From Candidatus Saccharimonadota bacterium (GTDB lineage: Bacteria > Bacteroidota > Bacteroidia > Cytophagales > Amoebophilaceae), in contig NZ_CP022339.1 in NCBI RefSeq assembly GCF_003351905.1, positions 510,001 through 542,000 of the forward strand: a stretch of 32,000 bases of DNA, read 5' to 3'. Shown one piece after another: positions 17,244-25,964 of this stretch. The position numbers and the translations under genes are program-made. The first letter of the stretch is position 1. The number at the start of each line of letters is the position of its first letter. The notes under the pieces were generated by a model that was not told the origin of the DNA, searched no databases, and worked only from the letters and a program-made list of their open reading frames with translations.

Positions 17244-20234
17244 ATGATACAACGCATACATTCTATTCTTTGGATGGTCCTTTTGCTAGTGGCCACGCCT
17301 GATCAAGGCGTTTCTATGACCCACCATCAACCTGGTCCATATAGACAAGCTATCCTTCATGAAGGGCTATTACTTTTTGACCAGCACCAATATGCAGCCG
17401 CCCAAAAGTACTTTGAGCACTATTTAAACAGTTCAAGAAAAAAGTATCAGCAAGATGAAGCCGCCTATTATATGGTGTTATCTGCTTTAGCCAATAAACA
17501 TCCCCATATAACCATTCTTTTGCGATATTTTATAGTACAATATCCTACCAGTCCCTATGTAGAAACGATCCGTTATCATTTGGCAAAGTGTTTTGCTGAG
17601 GCAGGTTTATGGCATAAAAGTTGCGCACTATACCGCACCATTCAACCCGCTTGCTTGGCGCCTAAGGAGCGGGATTCCCTGCCCTATGCGATAGGGGAGA
17701 CGTATTTGCAATTAAAAGATTGGGTAGATGCAAAAAAATGGTTTGGATCTATTCAAAATCCCAGCCATCCTTATTACTATCCTGCACAACTACAGATGGG
17801 GTATATAGCTTGTGCGCAAGGAGATTATGATGATGCGCTTAAAGCGCTGGAAGAGGCCAAGCAAAAATATAGCGTAGAAACCAGAAGTTTAACCTTAAAA
17901 GTATACCACAAAGCGGGCAGGTTTGAAGCGTTGCTTGCCTATATACAGCATTGCCCAGCCTCCTCTTTTACCCAGCAAGATCAGTTATACATTGCTGACG
18001 CCTACTTTTTTCTCAAGCACTATCAAGCTGCCATTATCCATTATCAAGCAGCATTAGATGCGCGCACAGACCGTATGACTCGGGTTAAGTTGGGCCATGC
18101 GTTATATGCAACGGGACAACATCCTCAAGCAGTTGCTTGCTTTCAGCAGTTGTTGCCACACGATGATCATGCCAGTCAAATAGCCGCTTACTATAGTGGG
18201 CTTATCTATGAAAAAGATGGTGCCCTTCCAGCAGCAATCGTTGCTTTTGCCCAGGCAGAGCGGTTAAAGTTTGATCCGGAAATAAGCGATTTAGCCGCTA
18301 TCAAGCGGGCAAGCTTGCGTTACCAACAAGGCGCCATTCCAGAGGTTATAGAAGCGATGACTGGTTTTATTGCAACCCATCAGGAACGTAAACACCTATC
18401 TACTGCACAAGCCTTATTGGTGCAGTGTTATTATAAAACAAAAGCTTATCAATCTGCTATAGATTATATAGCAGGGCTACCCTATAAAACAGAGGCACTT
18501 TTAAAGTTATACCAAAAAGTACTTTTTTATCAGGGGTTGGAAGCTTACAATAAAGGTATCTTGGAGGTTGCAATCAATGGCTTGAAGCAATCGCTGCTTT
18601 TCCCTTTTAAACCCTCTTTAGTGCTACAGGCTCAGTTTTGGTTAGGAGAAGCTTATGCTAAACTTGGGAAATATGAAAAAGCATTAAAGTTTTATACGAA
18701 ATATATGGAACAAGGCAGTTTGAATACACTTTATTATGAGAAAAACCTATATGGCCTCGCCTATGGTTATTTTAACACAGGTCATTACACCACTGCCGCT
18801 CAAACCTTTGAGCAGTATATAGCGATGACCCAAAAACAACCTGCTGCTACCCATTATGATGCCCTCCTTCGGTTAGCTGATTGTTATTATGTAAAGAAAA
18901 ACTACGAAGCAGCACTTCGCCTATATGCCCGTGTCTATGCTGCGCATCCTGCCCATGTTCGTTACCAAGAAGCACTGATTTATCATGCATTAGGAGACAA
19001 TATGCGTGCAGAGCGTTGCCTGCAAGAAGTACTTACAAACCATACAGAAACCAAATATTATGAAAAAGCATGCTATCATAAGGCTTGTACCATATTTAAT
19101 GCAGGCCATTACGAAGCAGCCATTCAATCATTTAGTTACCTGATCCAAAGGGAGCCAGTAACTGATTTACAGCCAGATTTATTAATGAAACGAGCGCTTG
19201 CTTATGAAAATCTGCAAAAGTATGAAGCTGCCGCTGCGGACTATACGGCTATTTTAGATCAATATCCTACCCATAGCCATGCAGCAAGTGCTTTAATGGC
19301 CCTATCGCATCTATTTGCTGGAACTCCTGAAAAAGCAGATGCCTATTTAAAAAAGTATGCCCATATCGCTCAACAAGTCGCCAGCCATTCCGATGAGCGT
19401 GTCATGGATACAGCTAAGCAGCTTTTTTATAACCAGGCCTATCATAAGGTATTAGAGCAACTTACTGCTTTTGATAAGCAATATCCAGGTAGTCAGCTGC
19501 GCTCAGAAGTTTATTTTTTAATCGCAGAAAGCTATTATAGGCTACACAAGCGCAACCAAGCGATCAGTTATTATAAAAAAGTAGTAGCTGGTCCACCAGC
19601 TACTTTCCATAAAAAAGCATGGTTAAGAATGGCTGATATCGCTTACCAAGACAAACGTTTTCAAGAAGCCGTTGCCCATTACCAGCAACTACAGAACATG
19701 CAACTGACCCATAAAGAATACCATCGTACCTTACTTGGGCTTATACAAGCTAGTTTTGTGCTAAAAAAATATCACATTACAACACCAGCTTGTTTGCAAT
19801 TATTAAATAGCCCTAAAGATGCACCCATTGAAACCACACAACAAGCTGCCCTTTATCTAGGCAAAATAGCCATGCAACGATCAGAATACAAACGTGCTAG
19901 AAGCCATTTTTTGAAGGCCAGTACACCACCCCATACCCTTACTGCAGCAGAAGCACAGTATCTATGGGCCCAAGCAGAATTTATGCTAAAAGCTTATGCA
20001 TCTTCCTTAAATATTTTGTTTGACCTTGTAGAAAAGTTCTCACACAATACCGATTATATAGATGGTGCCTTTTTGCTTATGGCAGATAATTATATCCTAT
20101 TAGGTAATCTTACGCAGGCCAAAGCTACCTTAGACTCTATGATCCGTAAATCCAAAAATAAAAAGAATGTAGCACTGGCTAAGCAGAAAAGAGCTAAGGT
20201 AGTTGCTAAAATTAAATCATCTACTCGGCCTTAG
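17244..20234 (+). CDS. Large tetratricopeptide-repeat (TPR) protein with an N-terminal signal or anchor
   Basis: It has many 34-aa A/Y/L-periodic TPR units (for example AQFWLGEAYAKLGKYEKALKFYTKY and LRLADCYYVKKNYEAALRLY). The hydrophobic N terminus is MIQRIHSILWMVLLLVATP. The ORF is open from 17172. Confidence 0.75.
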   Translation: MIQRIHSILWMVLLLVATPDQGVSMTHHQPGPYRQAILHEGLLLFDQHQYAAAQKYFEHYLNSSRKKYQQDEAAYYMVLSALANKHPHITILLRYFIVQYPTSPYVETIRYHLAKCFAEAGLWHKSCALYRTIQPACLAPKERDSLPYAIGETYLQLKDWVDAKKWFGSIQNPSHPYYYPAQLQMGYIACAQGDYDDALKALEEAKQKYSVETRSLTLKVYHKAGRFEALLAYIQHCPASSFTQQDQLYIADAYFFLKHYQAAIIHYQAALDARTDRMTRVKLGHALYATGQHPQAVACFQQLLPHDDHASQIAAYYSGLIYEKDGALPAAIVAFAQAERLKFDPEISDLAAIKRASLRYQQGAIPEVIEAMTGFIATHQERKHLSTAQALLVQCYYKTKAYQSAIDYIAGLPYKTEALLKLYQKVLFYQGLEAYNKGILEVAINGLKQSLLFPFKPSLVLQAQFWLGEAYAKLGKYEKALKFYTKYMEQGSLNTLYYEKNLYGLAYGYFNTGHYTTAAQTFEQYIAMTQKQPAATHYDALLRLADCYYVKKNYEAALRLYARVYAAHPAHVRYQEALIYHALGDNMRAERCLQEVLTNHTETKYYEKACYHKACTIFNAGHYEAAIQSFSYLIQREPVTDLQPDLLMKRALAYENLQKYEAAAADYTAILDQYPTHSHAASALMALSHLFAGTPEKADAYLKKYAHIAQQVASHSDERVMDTAKQLFYNQAYHKVLEQLTAFDKQYPGSQLRSEVYFLIAESYYRLHKRNQAISYYKKVVAGPPATFHKKAWLRMADIAYQDKRFQEAVAHYQQLQNMQLTHKEYHRTLLGLIQASFVLKKYHITTPACLQLLNSPKDAPIETTQQAALYLGKIAMQRSEYKRARSHFLKASTPPHTLTAAEAQYLWAQAEFMLKAYASSLNILFDLVEKFSHNTDYIDGAFLLMADNYILLGNLTQAKATLDSMIRKSKNKKNVALAKQKRAKVVAKIKSSTRP

Positions 20235-20293
20235 CCTTGTTTTTAGAGGCGCATACTTGTATCTGTTTGCTCAGAATGCGTTTAATGTGTATA

Positions 20294-21088
20294 CTAAGGT
20301 CGTTTCCAGCTCTGCCACTTCATCTGAATAAGCCGAAAAAAACTTTCTCCTGCCATTATTAAACCCATTTTAGATTGACCTTTTACCCTGTTTGTAAAAG
20401 TAATCGGCAATTCTACTAGCTTAGCACCATGCTGATAAGCCAAAAATTTAATTTCTACTTGAAAGCTATATCCTACAGAAGCTATGTGCGTCTCCAAAGG
20501 AGACGTGAGCGCTGCTGGTACTTTTGTTGTCGAGGTTGGCTTAGGTTTTGCAAGGGTCAAAATAGCTGTTAGTATGGTGCGTCGGTAACAAACAAATCCA
20601 GCCGTAGTATCCTTAATCGGCATGCCTGTAATAGATCGTGCAAGCCAATTGGCCATGTAGGATAATAAGCGTCTAGCGCGCGGCCAATTCACCACATGTC
20701 CACCTGGGATGTAACGAGAACCAATGACCATATCAATGGTAGGTTCGGCGCACGCGTTTAAAAGTCGAGGTAAATCAACAGGCGCATGGGAAAAATCAGC
20801 ATCCATGCTGCAGATATAATCGTAACCTTGGGCCAGTGCCCAACCAAATCCTGCTACATAGGCGCGACCTAATCCCTCTTTGCGCGATCGGCGTAAAAGG
20901 TGTAATTGATCTGGGTAACATTGTTGTAGCTTGATTACCACATTGGCTGTCCCATCAGGTGAGCCATCGTCTACTACCAAAATATCTACCCCTATGTTTA
21001 ATCCAAAAATGGTGGTGACCAAAGACACAATATTTTCTCTTTCATTATAGGTAGGTATAACTACTATGGAATGAAGCAGTACGGCCAT
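20294..21088 (-). CDS. GT2 polyprenol/dolichol-phosphate mannosyltransferase-like glycosyltransferase
   Basis: VVIPTYNERENI...LVVDDGSPDGT...MDADFSH.P.DLPRL...IGSRY..GG.V.NWP..R...S......ITGMPI.DTTAGF is the Dpm1/Ppm1-type GT2 pattern. Confidence 0.85.
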   Translation of the reverse strand: MAVLLHSIVVIPTYNERENIVSLVTTIFGLNIGVDILVVDDGSPDGTANVVIKLQQCYPDQLHLLRRSRKEGLGRAYVAGFGWALAQGYDYICSMDADFSHAPVDLPRLLNACAEPTIDMVIGSRYIPGGHVVNWPRARRLLSYMANWLARSITGMPIKDTTAGFVCYRRTILTAILTLAKPKPTSTTKVPAALTSPLETHIASVGYSFQVEIKFLAYQHGAKLVELPITFTNRVKGQSKMGLIMAGESFFRLIQMKWQSWKRP

Positions 21089-22906
21089 CTATCCTCTTTT
21101 TAAGCGGTCTTTTGGCAAAGTAGGTTCCGCTAAAAAATATGCTTGCAAGCGTTTAGCCTTTGATGGCCCTACTATTGTAGCTAATGTCTCTAAAGAAGCG
21201 GTTTGCATCGTCTGAAGGCTACCCAATTGCTGCAATAGCTTAGCGAATGTTTGGGGACCAATACCTGGAATTTTCAGGGGCTCGAACGCGCCTTTGCTGC
21301 GTTGTTTTCTGTGAAAGGTAATGGCAAAACGATGGGCTTCATTGCGCAGCTGTTGGAGCAGTTTGAGGGAAGCAGATTGCTTATTTAAATACAATGGAAA
21401 TGGATCATGGGGGAAGTAGAGCGCTTCTAATCGTTTGGCTATGCTGATAATGGCTACTTGACCATAGATACCTACCGCTTCTAACGCCCGCAAGGCAGCA
21501 TTCAGTTGCCCTTTACCTCCATCTATTACAATTAGGTCAGGTAACCCTTCTTGCGTTTTTGAGCCATAACGTCGCTGGATGATTTCATACATAGAAGCAC
21601 AATCATCAGGCCCTACGACCGTTTTAATATGGTAGTGGCGGTAGTCTTTTTTAGAAGGTTTGCCATCCTTAAAGCAAACCATGGCCGCTACTGGATGGGC
21701 CCCTTGTATATTCGAATTGTCAAAACATTCGATCCAATAAGGCACCTCTTTTAACTTTAAGTCATGTTGTAATTGCACAAGCGTTAGATTGGGTTTTACT
21801 TGAAAATTAGATTTTTGATGTAAAAAGTCCTTTTTGCATAATAGAGCATTTTGGAGCGCCAATGCTACCAATTTCCGCTTGTCACCAATTTTAGGCATGG
21901 TGATGGAAAAGGGTCCTATGGTTAGGTTCAGCGGTAGATTCACCAAAACTTCTGGTGCCTGACTATCGCTGCAAGCACGGAGCGAACAGACTACCAAAGG
22001 TAGTAAATCCGTTGCCTCTTCTTCCAACTTTTTGGTTACCACACGGTGTTGGGTAAAAGAAATGGCCCCTTGTTTAATATGCAAGTAACCCACAAAGGCA
22101 TGGTTTGGATCTGAAATAATGGCTACTACATCCAAATCCCCTACCAGCGGATTGATGACTAAAGATTTCGCTTGGTATTGATCCAATAGCATTAACTTTT
22201 CCTTAAAGCGTTGCGCTTGTTTATAATCAAGTCGTTGAGCAGCTGCTAGCATTTGTTCCTTGAACTCCTTTTTTACAGAAGCAAAATTATTTTTTAGTAA
22301 GGCCTCTATCTGATCTATCTCTTGTTGATAAGTCGCTTCATCTTGAAAAGCTTCGCATGGGCCTTTACAATGGCCCAGATGGTAATCCAAACAAACCTTA
22401 AACTTATGGTTGGTGATGTTTGCTGCCGAAAGATTGTAGTTGCAGGTACGGAAGGTAAATAATTTTTTGATTACCTCTAAGGTTTGCTTAACAGCTTGGG
22501 CACTGGTAAATGGTCCGTAGTATTTCCCTAAGGGAGGGACCGTTTTACGGGTAATGATCACCTTAGGAAAGCGGTCATGGGTAATACATAGATAAGGGTA
22601 GGTTTTCCCATCTTTTAGTAAGATGTTATACCGTGGTTGTAACGCTTTAATTAGGTTGTTTTCTAAAAGAAGTGCTTCATATTCGGAATGTAAAGCGGTA
22701 TAGGCAATAGAGGCAATATGCGTAACCATACGTGCGGTTTTTAGGTTATGTACCTTGCTAACAGTAAAATAATCGCTTACCCTTTTTTTGATGTTTTTTG
22801 CTTTACCGACGTAAATCACCTCTTCTTTGTAGTTGTAGAATAGATAAATACCTGGCAATGTAGGTAGGTGTTGGATCTGATTTGGGGTATAGCGTGGCGT
22901 TTCCAT
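21089..22906 (-). CDS. uvrC: Excinuclease ABC subunit C
   Basis: It has the GIY-YIG N terminus (PGIYLFYN...VIYVGKAKNIKKRVSDYF), a UvrBC-interaction region, and the C-terminal endonuclease plus (HhH)2 domains. The product is 605 aa. Confidence 0.95.
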   Translation of the reverse strand: METPRYTPNQIQHLPTLPGIYLFYNYKEEVIYVGKAKNIKKRVSDYFTVSKVHNLKTARMVTHIASIAYTALHSEYEALLLENNLIKALQPRYNILLKDGKTYPYLCITHDRFPKVIITRKTVPPLGKYYGPFTSAQAVKQTLEVIKKLFTFRTCNYNLSAANITNHKFKVCLDYHLGHCKGPCEAFQDEATYQQEIDQIEALLKNNFASVKKEFKEQMLAAAQRLDYKQAQRFKEKLMLLDQYQAKSLVINPLVGDLDVVAIISDPNHAFVGYLHIKQGAISFTQHRVVTKKLEEEATDLLPLVVCSLRACSDSQAPEVLVNLPLNLTIGPFSITMPKIGDKRKLVALALQNALLCKKDFLHQKSNFQVKPNLTLVQLQHDLKLKEVPYWIECFDNSNIQGAHPVAAMVCFKDGKPSKKDYRHYHIKTVVGPDDCASMYEIIQRRYGSKTQEGLPDLIVIDGGKGQLNAALRALEAVGIYGQVAIISIAKRLEALYFPHDPFPLYLNKQSASLKLLQQLRNEAHRFAITFHRKQRSKGAFEPLKIPGIGPQTFAKLLQQLGSLQTMQTASLETLATIVGPSKAKRLQAYFLAEPTLPKDRLKRG

Positions 22907-22979
22907 AGGTTAAAGCTACAAAATTCCTTACGGCAATTCTTTGTATTAAACTTTAGTATGCTTTTTATTTAAAAATATT

Positions 22980-23015
22980 ATTTGTATAATTAAAACTAGA
23001 TTTAATTATACAAAT
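22980..23015. promoter_or_regulatory. Perfect 15-bp inverted repeat with a 6-bp spacer, a candidate operator in the uvrC/lipoprotein divergent region
   Basis: The sequence is ATTTGTATAATTAAA-ACTAGA-TTTAATTATACAAAT. It lies 74 bp upstream of the uvrC start and 51 bp upstream of the ATG at 23066. Confidence 0.4.
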
Positions 23016-23065
23016 CTGTTTTTATCAAGTTGTTTTTAGCTGTGTCATACGCGCAGATTTATTTA

Positions 23066-23509
23066 ATGAAAGCTATGAAATATAAGAAAGTGTTGATACT
23101 ATGGTTGCTCACATTAGGGGGATGTAATACCTTATCTAAGCAACATCAAAATCCTTACCATCCAGTCTTGACTCATTATATCCCTGTTTATTCTGCTGTT
23201 CAGCATACTTATTCTTCTCATTGTCTCGATGCTACGCTTTGTTATAGGCATGCTTGTGATCCTGTTATCCGTTTCCCTGCTGATTATCCTGCTTCTGTTG
23301 CTGATTATAGGTACTCCTTTGTTCCTCCTGATGCATACACCCACTCCTCTTGTTGTATGGTTAACCAGAATGAGGTGGATGATTCTGTTTGTTCTGCTAT
23401 TTCTGCTTACCCTCCTAGTGCTGTTTGTCCAGTTGTTATACAGGCCAGTGTTACTAGTTGTGCACCGTTTTGCTTCATCGGGTGGTTTGGGTGCTTTTGC
23501 TATCCCTGA
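23066..23509 (+). CDS. Cys/Tyr/Pro-rich hypothetical lipoprotein
   Basis: MKAMKYKKVLILWLLTLGGCNT is a signal peptide plus lipobox. This is the only one of three overlapping open frames with a recognisable N-terminal signal. The family is unknown. Confidence 0.5.
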   Translation: MKAMKYKKVLILWLLTLGGCNTLSKQHQNPYHPVLTHYIPVYSAVQHTYSSHCLDATLCYRHACDPVIRFPADYPASVADYRYSFVPPDAYTHSSCCMVNQNEVDDSVCSAISAYPPSAVCPVVIQASVTSCAPFCFIGWFGCFCYP

Positions 23510-23568
23510 TTGTTGTATGCAAAAGGCCTTAAAGCATCTATAGTAGACCTTTTGGTTCATCTAAAATG

Positions 23569-23731
23569 GTATTTGTTCATGATACTGGTTAATAATGAAT
23601 TGTATCCCACTTTTTTTTGATAAAAAAGTGGACAAAAAATCAAGCCCTCGATAAAATGCCAATTTCTACACCTCGACTTTTTTCAGGGGCGTTGTTCTTT
23701 TAACGCAAAAACCACTGCGCTGAACACATAC
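23569..23731 (-). repeat. Palindromic MITE-like element, copy C (163 bp, central palindrome tip deleted)
   Basis: The ends GTATTTGTTCATGATACTGG... and ...GCGCTGAACACATAC match the tail and head of copies B and D. About 94 nt present in copy D (around 28586-28679) are missing. Confidence 0.8.
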
Positions 23732-23760
23732 TCATTTCTTCAGTTCGTAGCCTCTACTTT

Positions 23761-24123
23761 TTAATCAGCTTCCAATTGGTCTATCAAAGCAGTCACACGT
23801 GCGCCTTGCATCACCGAACGATCGATGATAAACTTTAAATTGGGTATTTTATGCATTTTCCCCGCCACCCTTTTGCCTAATAACCTTCTCATCGTACTTT
23901 TATGGCCATCAATCTTTTGCAATAAGGTTGCCTGCTCCTCATTCAGGGAAAAGCTGAGATATACTTTTGCCAGACTCAGGTCACTGCTTAAGTCAACCGT
24001 TGTAACTGAGATCACTGCACCCCCAAACAACCGAGCGGTTTCTATTAAGAATAGTATGCCCAGCTCCCTTTGCACGAGCTTAGCCATTTGTTTTATTTTA
24101 ATCGCATGAGTAGCCTGTACCAT
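23761..24123 (-). CDS. rbfA: Ribosome-binding factor A
   Basis: ...QMAKLVQRELGILF......ISVT.VDLS.DLS.AKVYLS....EE......L..H....R..L..R....K.IP.L.F..D matches the RbfA pattern. I chose the start at MVQ to avoid overlapping tpiA. The ORF is open to 24147. Confidence 0.85.
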   Translation of the reverse strand: MVQATHAIKIKQMAKLVQRELGILFLIETARLFGGAVISVTTVDLSSDLSLAKVYLSFSLNEEQATLLQKIDGHKSTMRRLLGKRVAGKMHKIPNLKFIIDRSVMQGARVTALIDQLEAD

Positions 24124-24127
24124 CTTT

Positions 24128-24886
24128 TTATTCAAGTAATGCAGCAACTATTTGCATAAATGCATCCACCTGCAGCGAAGCCCCTCCAATCAGCCCACCC
24201 GCTACGTTAGGAGAGCGCAATATAGCGTTTGCATTTTGTGGATTGCAGCTCCCACCATATAGGATAGGAACGTTTTCGCCTGCACATAGCTCCGATAACA
24301 CCTCCCTTATAAAGGCGTGCATTTCTGTAACCACTGCTAAGCTAGCTACTTGTCCAGTGCCAATTGCCCAAACCGGCTCGTAAGCAATCGCTACTGTTTC
24401 TATTTCCTTTGATGTTAAGCCCATTAAGCTTTCTTGCAACTGTTGTTGCACCATTGTTTTGTGGTTGCCATGCTTGCGTGCTGCTAAACTTTCACCACAG
24501 CAAAGAAAAGGTTGCATACCAGCCTCCAATACCCTTTTTATTTTTTGAGCCAACAGTCGATGATCCTCCTTTTGGTAGTTTCTGCGTTCACTATGCCCAA
24601 TCAGTACACCCTTTACACCTATAGCGGCTAGCATAGCCGCTGATACTTCTCCCGTAAAAGCACCCTCTGCCTCATGGTGACAATTTTGAGCAATGAGTTG
24701 AATAGCGTGTTGATCACCTATTAAGTCAGCTATAGCCGACAAATGGACAAAGGAAGGGGCAATGTATAGCGCTAATGAACCCGCGTTTATGGCCTTTAAC
24801 TCAGGCAACAATGCCCCCATAAAGCCGATGACCTCTTGGGCCGTTTTGTACATTTTCCAATTACCTATAAGGTATTTTTTTTGCAT
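24128..24886 (-). CDS. tpiA: Triosephosphate isomerase
   Basis: GNWKMYKT, IGHSERR, AYEPVWAIGTG and YGGS are the TIM catalytic and signature motifs. Confidence 0.95.
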   Translation of the reverse strand: MQKKYLIGNWKMYKTAQEVIGFMGALLPELKAINAGSLALYIAPSFVHLSAIADLIGDQHAIQLIAQNCHHEAEGAFTGEVSAAMLAAIGVKGVLIGHSERRNYQKEDHRLLAQKIKRVLEAGMQPFLCCGESLAARKHGNHKTMVQQQLQESLMGLTSKEIETVAIAYEPVWAIGTGQVASLAVVTEMHAFIREVLSELCAGENVPILYGGSCNPQNANAILRSPNVAGGLIGGASLQVDAFMQIVAALLE

Positions 24887-24901
24887 GGCTGTGTGTGCTA
24901 T

Positions 24902-25882
24902 TTACGTTAGATATAAAACCCGCTTAAGCGCCGCTACGGTTTGGGCTACGTTGGGTAAGATGGCCTCTATTAGAGTAGGTGCATAGGGAAGAGGCACATC
25001 TAAGTTATTTATTTTTTGAATCGGCGCGTCTAAATAGTCGAAAGCATGCTTTTGAACCTGGTAAGCTATTTCAGACGCGATCGAAGCCAGTGGCCAGGCT
25101 TCTTCTACGATTACCAAGCGATTGGTTTTTTTTACCGACGCAATAACGGTCGATAGGTCTAGTGGACGAATCGTACGTAAGTCAATTAGTTCCACTGAAA
25201 CACCTTGCTTTTGCATGACCTGTACGGCTTCCTCTGCTGTTTTAATCATTTTCCCAAAAGAAACCAAGGTTACATCCGTGCCCTCTTGCCTCAGATGCGC
25301 CTTCCCTATGGGCAACAAATAGGTGTCTGCGGGTACTTCTCCTAAGTCACCATACATTAATTCCGACTCCATAAATAGGACCGGGTCATCGTCTCTAATG
25401 GCACTTTTCAGCAATCCCTTTGCATCATAGGGGTTAGAAGGAACAATTACTTTTAGCCCTGGACAGTTGGCATACCAACTCTCAAAGCTTTGAGAGTGTT
25501 GGGCACCTAACATGCCCGCATTACCAGTTGGTCCCCTGAATACAATAGGCACATGGTATTGCCCACCCGACATCGCATACATTTTAGCCGCTCCATTTAC
25601 AATCTGATCTATCGCTACTAGGGAAAAATTAAACGTCATCAACTCTATAATGGGGCGTAAACCATTCATAGCAGCTCCTACACCCAATCCCGTAAAGCCT
25701 AATTCACTAATAGGCGTATCTATTACCCTTTTTGCTCCAAACCGTTCCAGCATACCTTGACTTACTTTGTAGGCACCATTGTATGCCGCTACTTCCTCCC
25801 CCATTAAAAAGACCATTGCATCTCTTTCCATTTCCTCTATCATTGCCTCGCGCAATGCTGCTCTAAATTGTATCGTCCGCAT
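24902..25882 (-). CDS. pdhB: Pyruvate (2-oxoacid) dehydrogenase E1 component, beta subunit
   Basis: ...A..EAM.EEMERD..VFLMGEEV..Y.GAYKVS.G....FG..RV.DTPI.E.GF.G.GVGAA..GLRPI.E fits the transketolase-like Pyr and C-terminal domains. The product is 326 aa. Confidence 0.9.
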   Translation of the reverse strand: MRTIQFRAALREAMIEEMERDAMVFLMGEEVAAYNGAYKVSQGMLERFGAKRVIDTPISELGFTGLGVGAAMNGLRPIIELMTFNFSLVAIDQIVNGAAKMYAMSGGQYHVPIVFRGPTGNAGMLGAQHSQSFESWYANCPGLKVIVPSNPYDAKGLLKSAIRDDDPVLFMESELMYGDLGEVPADTYLLPIGKAHLRQEGTDVTLVSFGKMIKTAEEAVQVMQKQGVSVELIDLRTIRPLDLSTVIASVKKTNRLVIVEEAWPLASIASEIAYQVQKHAFDYLDAPIQKINNLDVPLPYAPTLIEAILPNVAQTVAALKRVLYLT

Positions 25883-25964
25883 CTCCTAGCATTTTATTAA
25901 ATAACCATACGTCTCATCAAAGATAGGGTATATCAAGAAAAAATATTAACGCCCTAAGCGCTGG

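Noticed and set aside
23132-23560. A minus-strand 142-aa ORF and a plus-strand 104-aa ORF (23229-23543) overlapping the Cys-rich lipoprotein gene
   Set aside because: These frames are open only because the region is A-depleted and stop codons are scarce. One product is an Arg/Asn/Ser-rich string and the other is almost pure Leu/Val/Phe. Neither has a signal or a start context as convincing as the lipoprotein frame. I kept this as a finding on composition rather than as genes.
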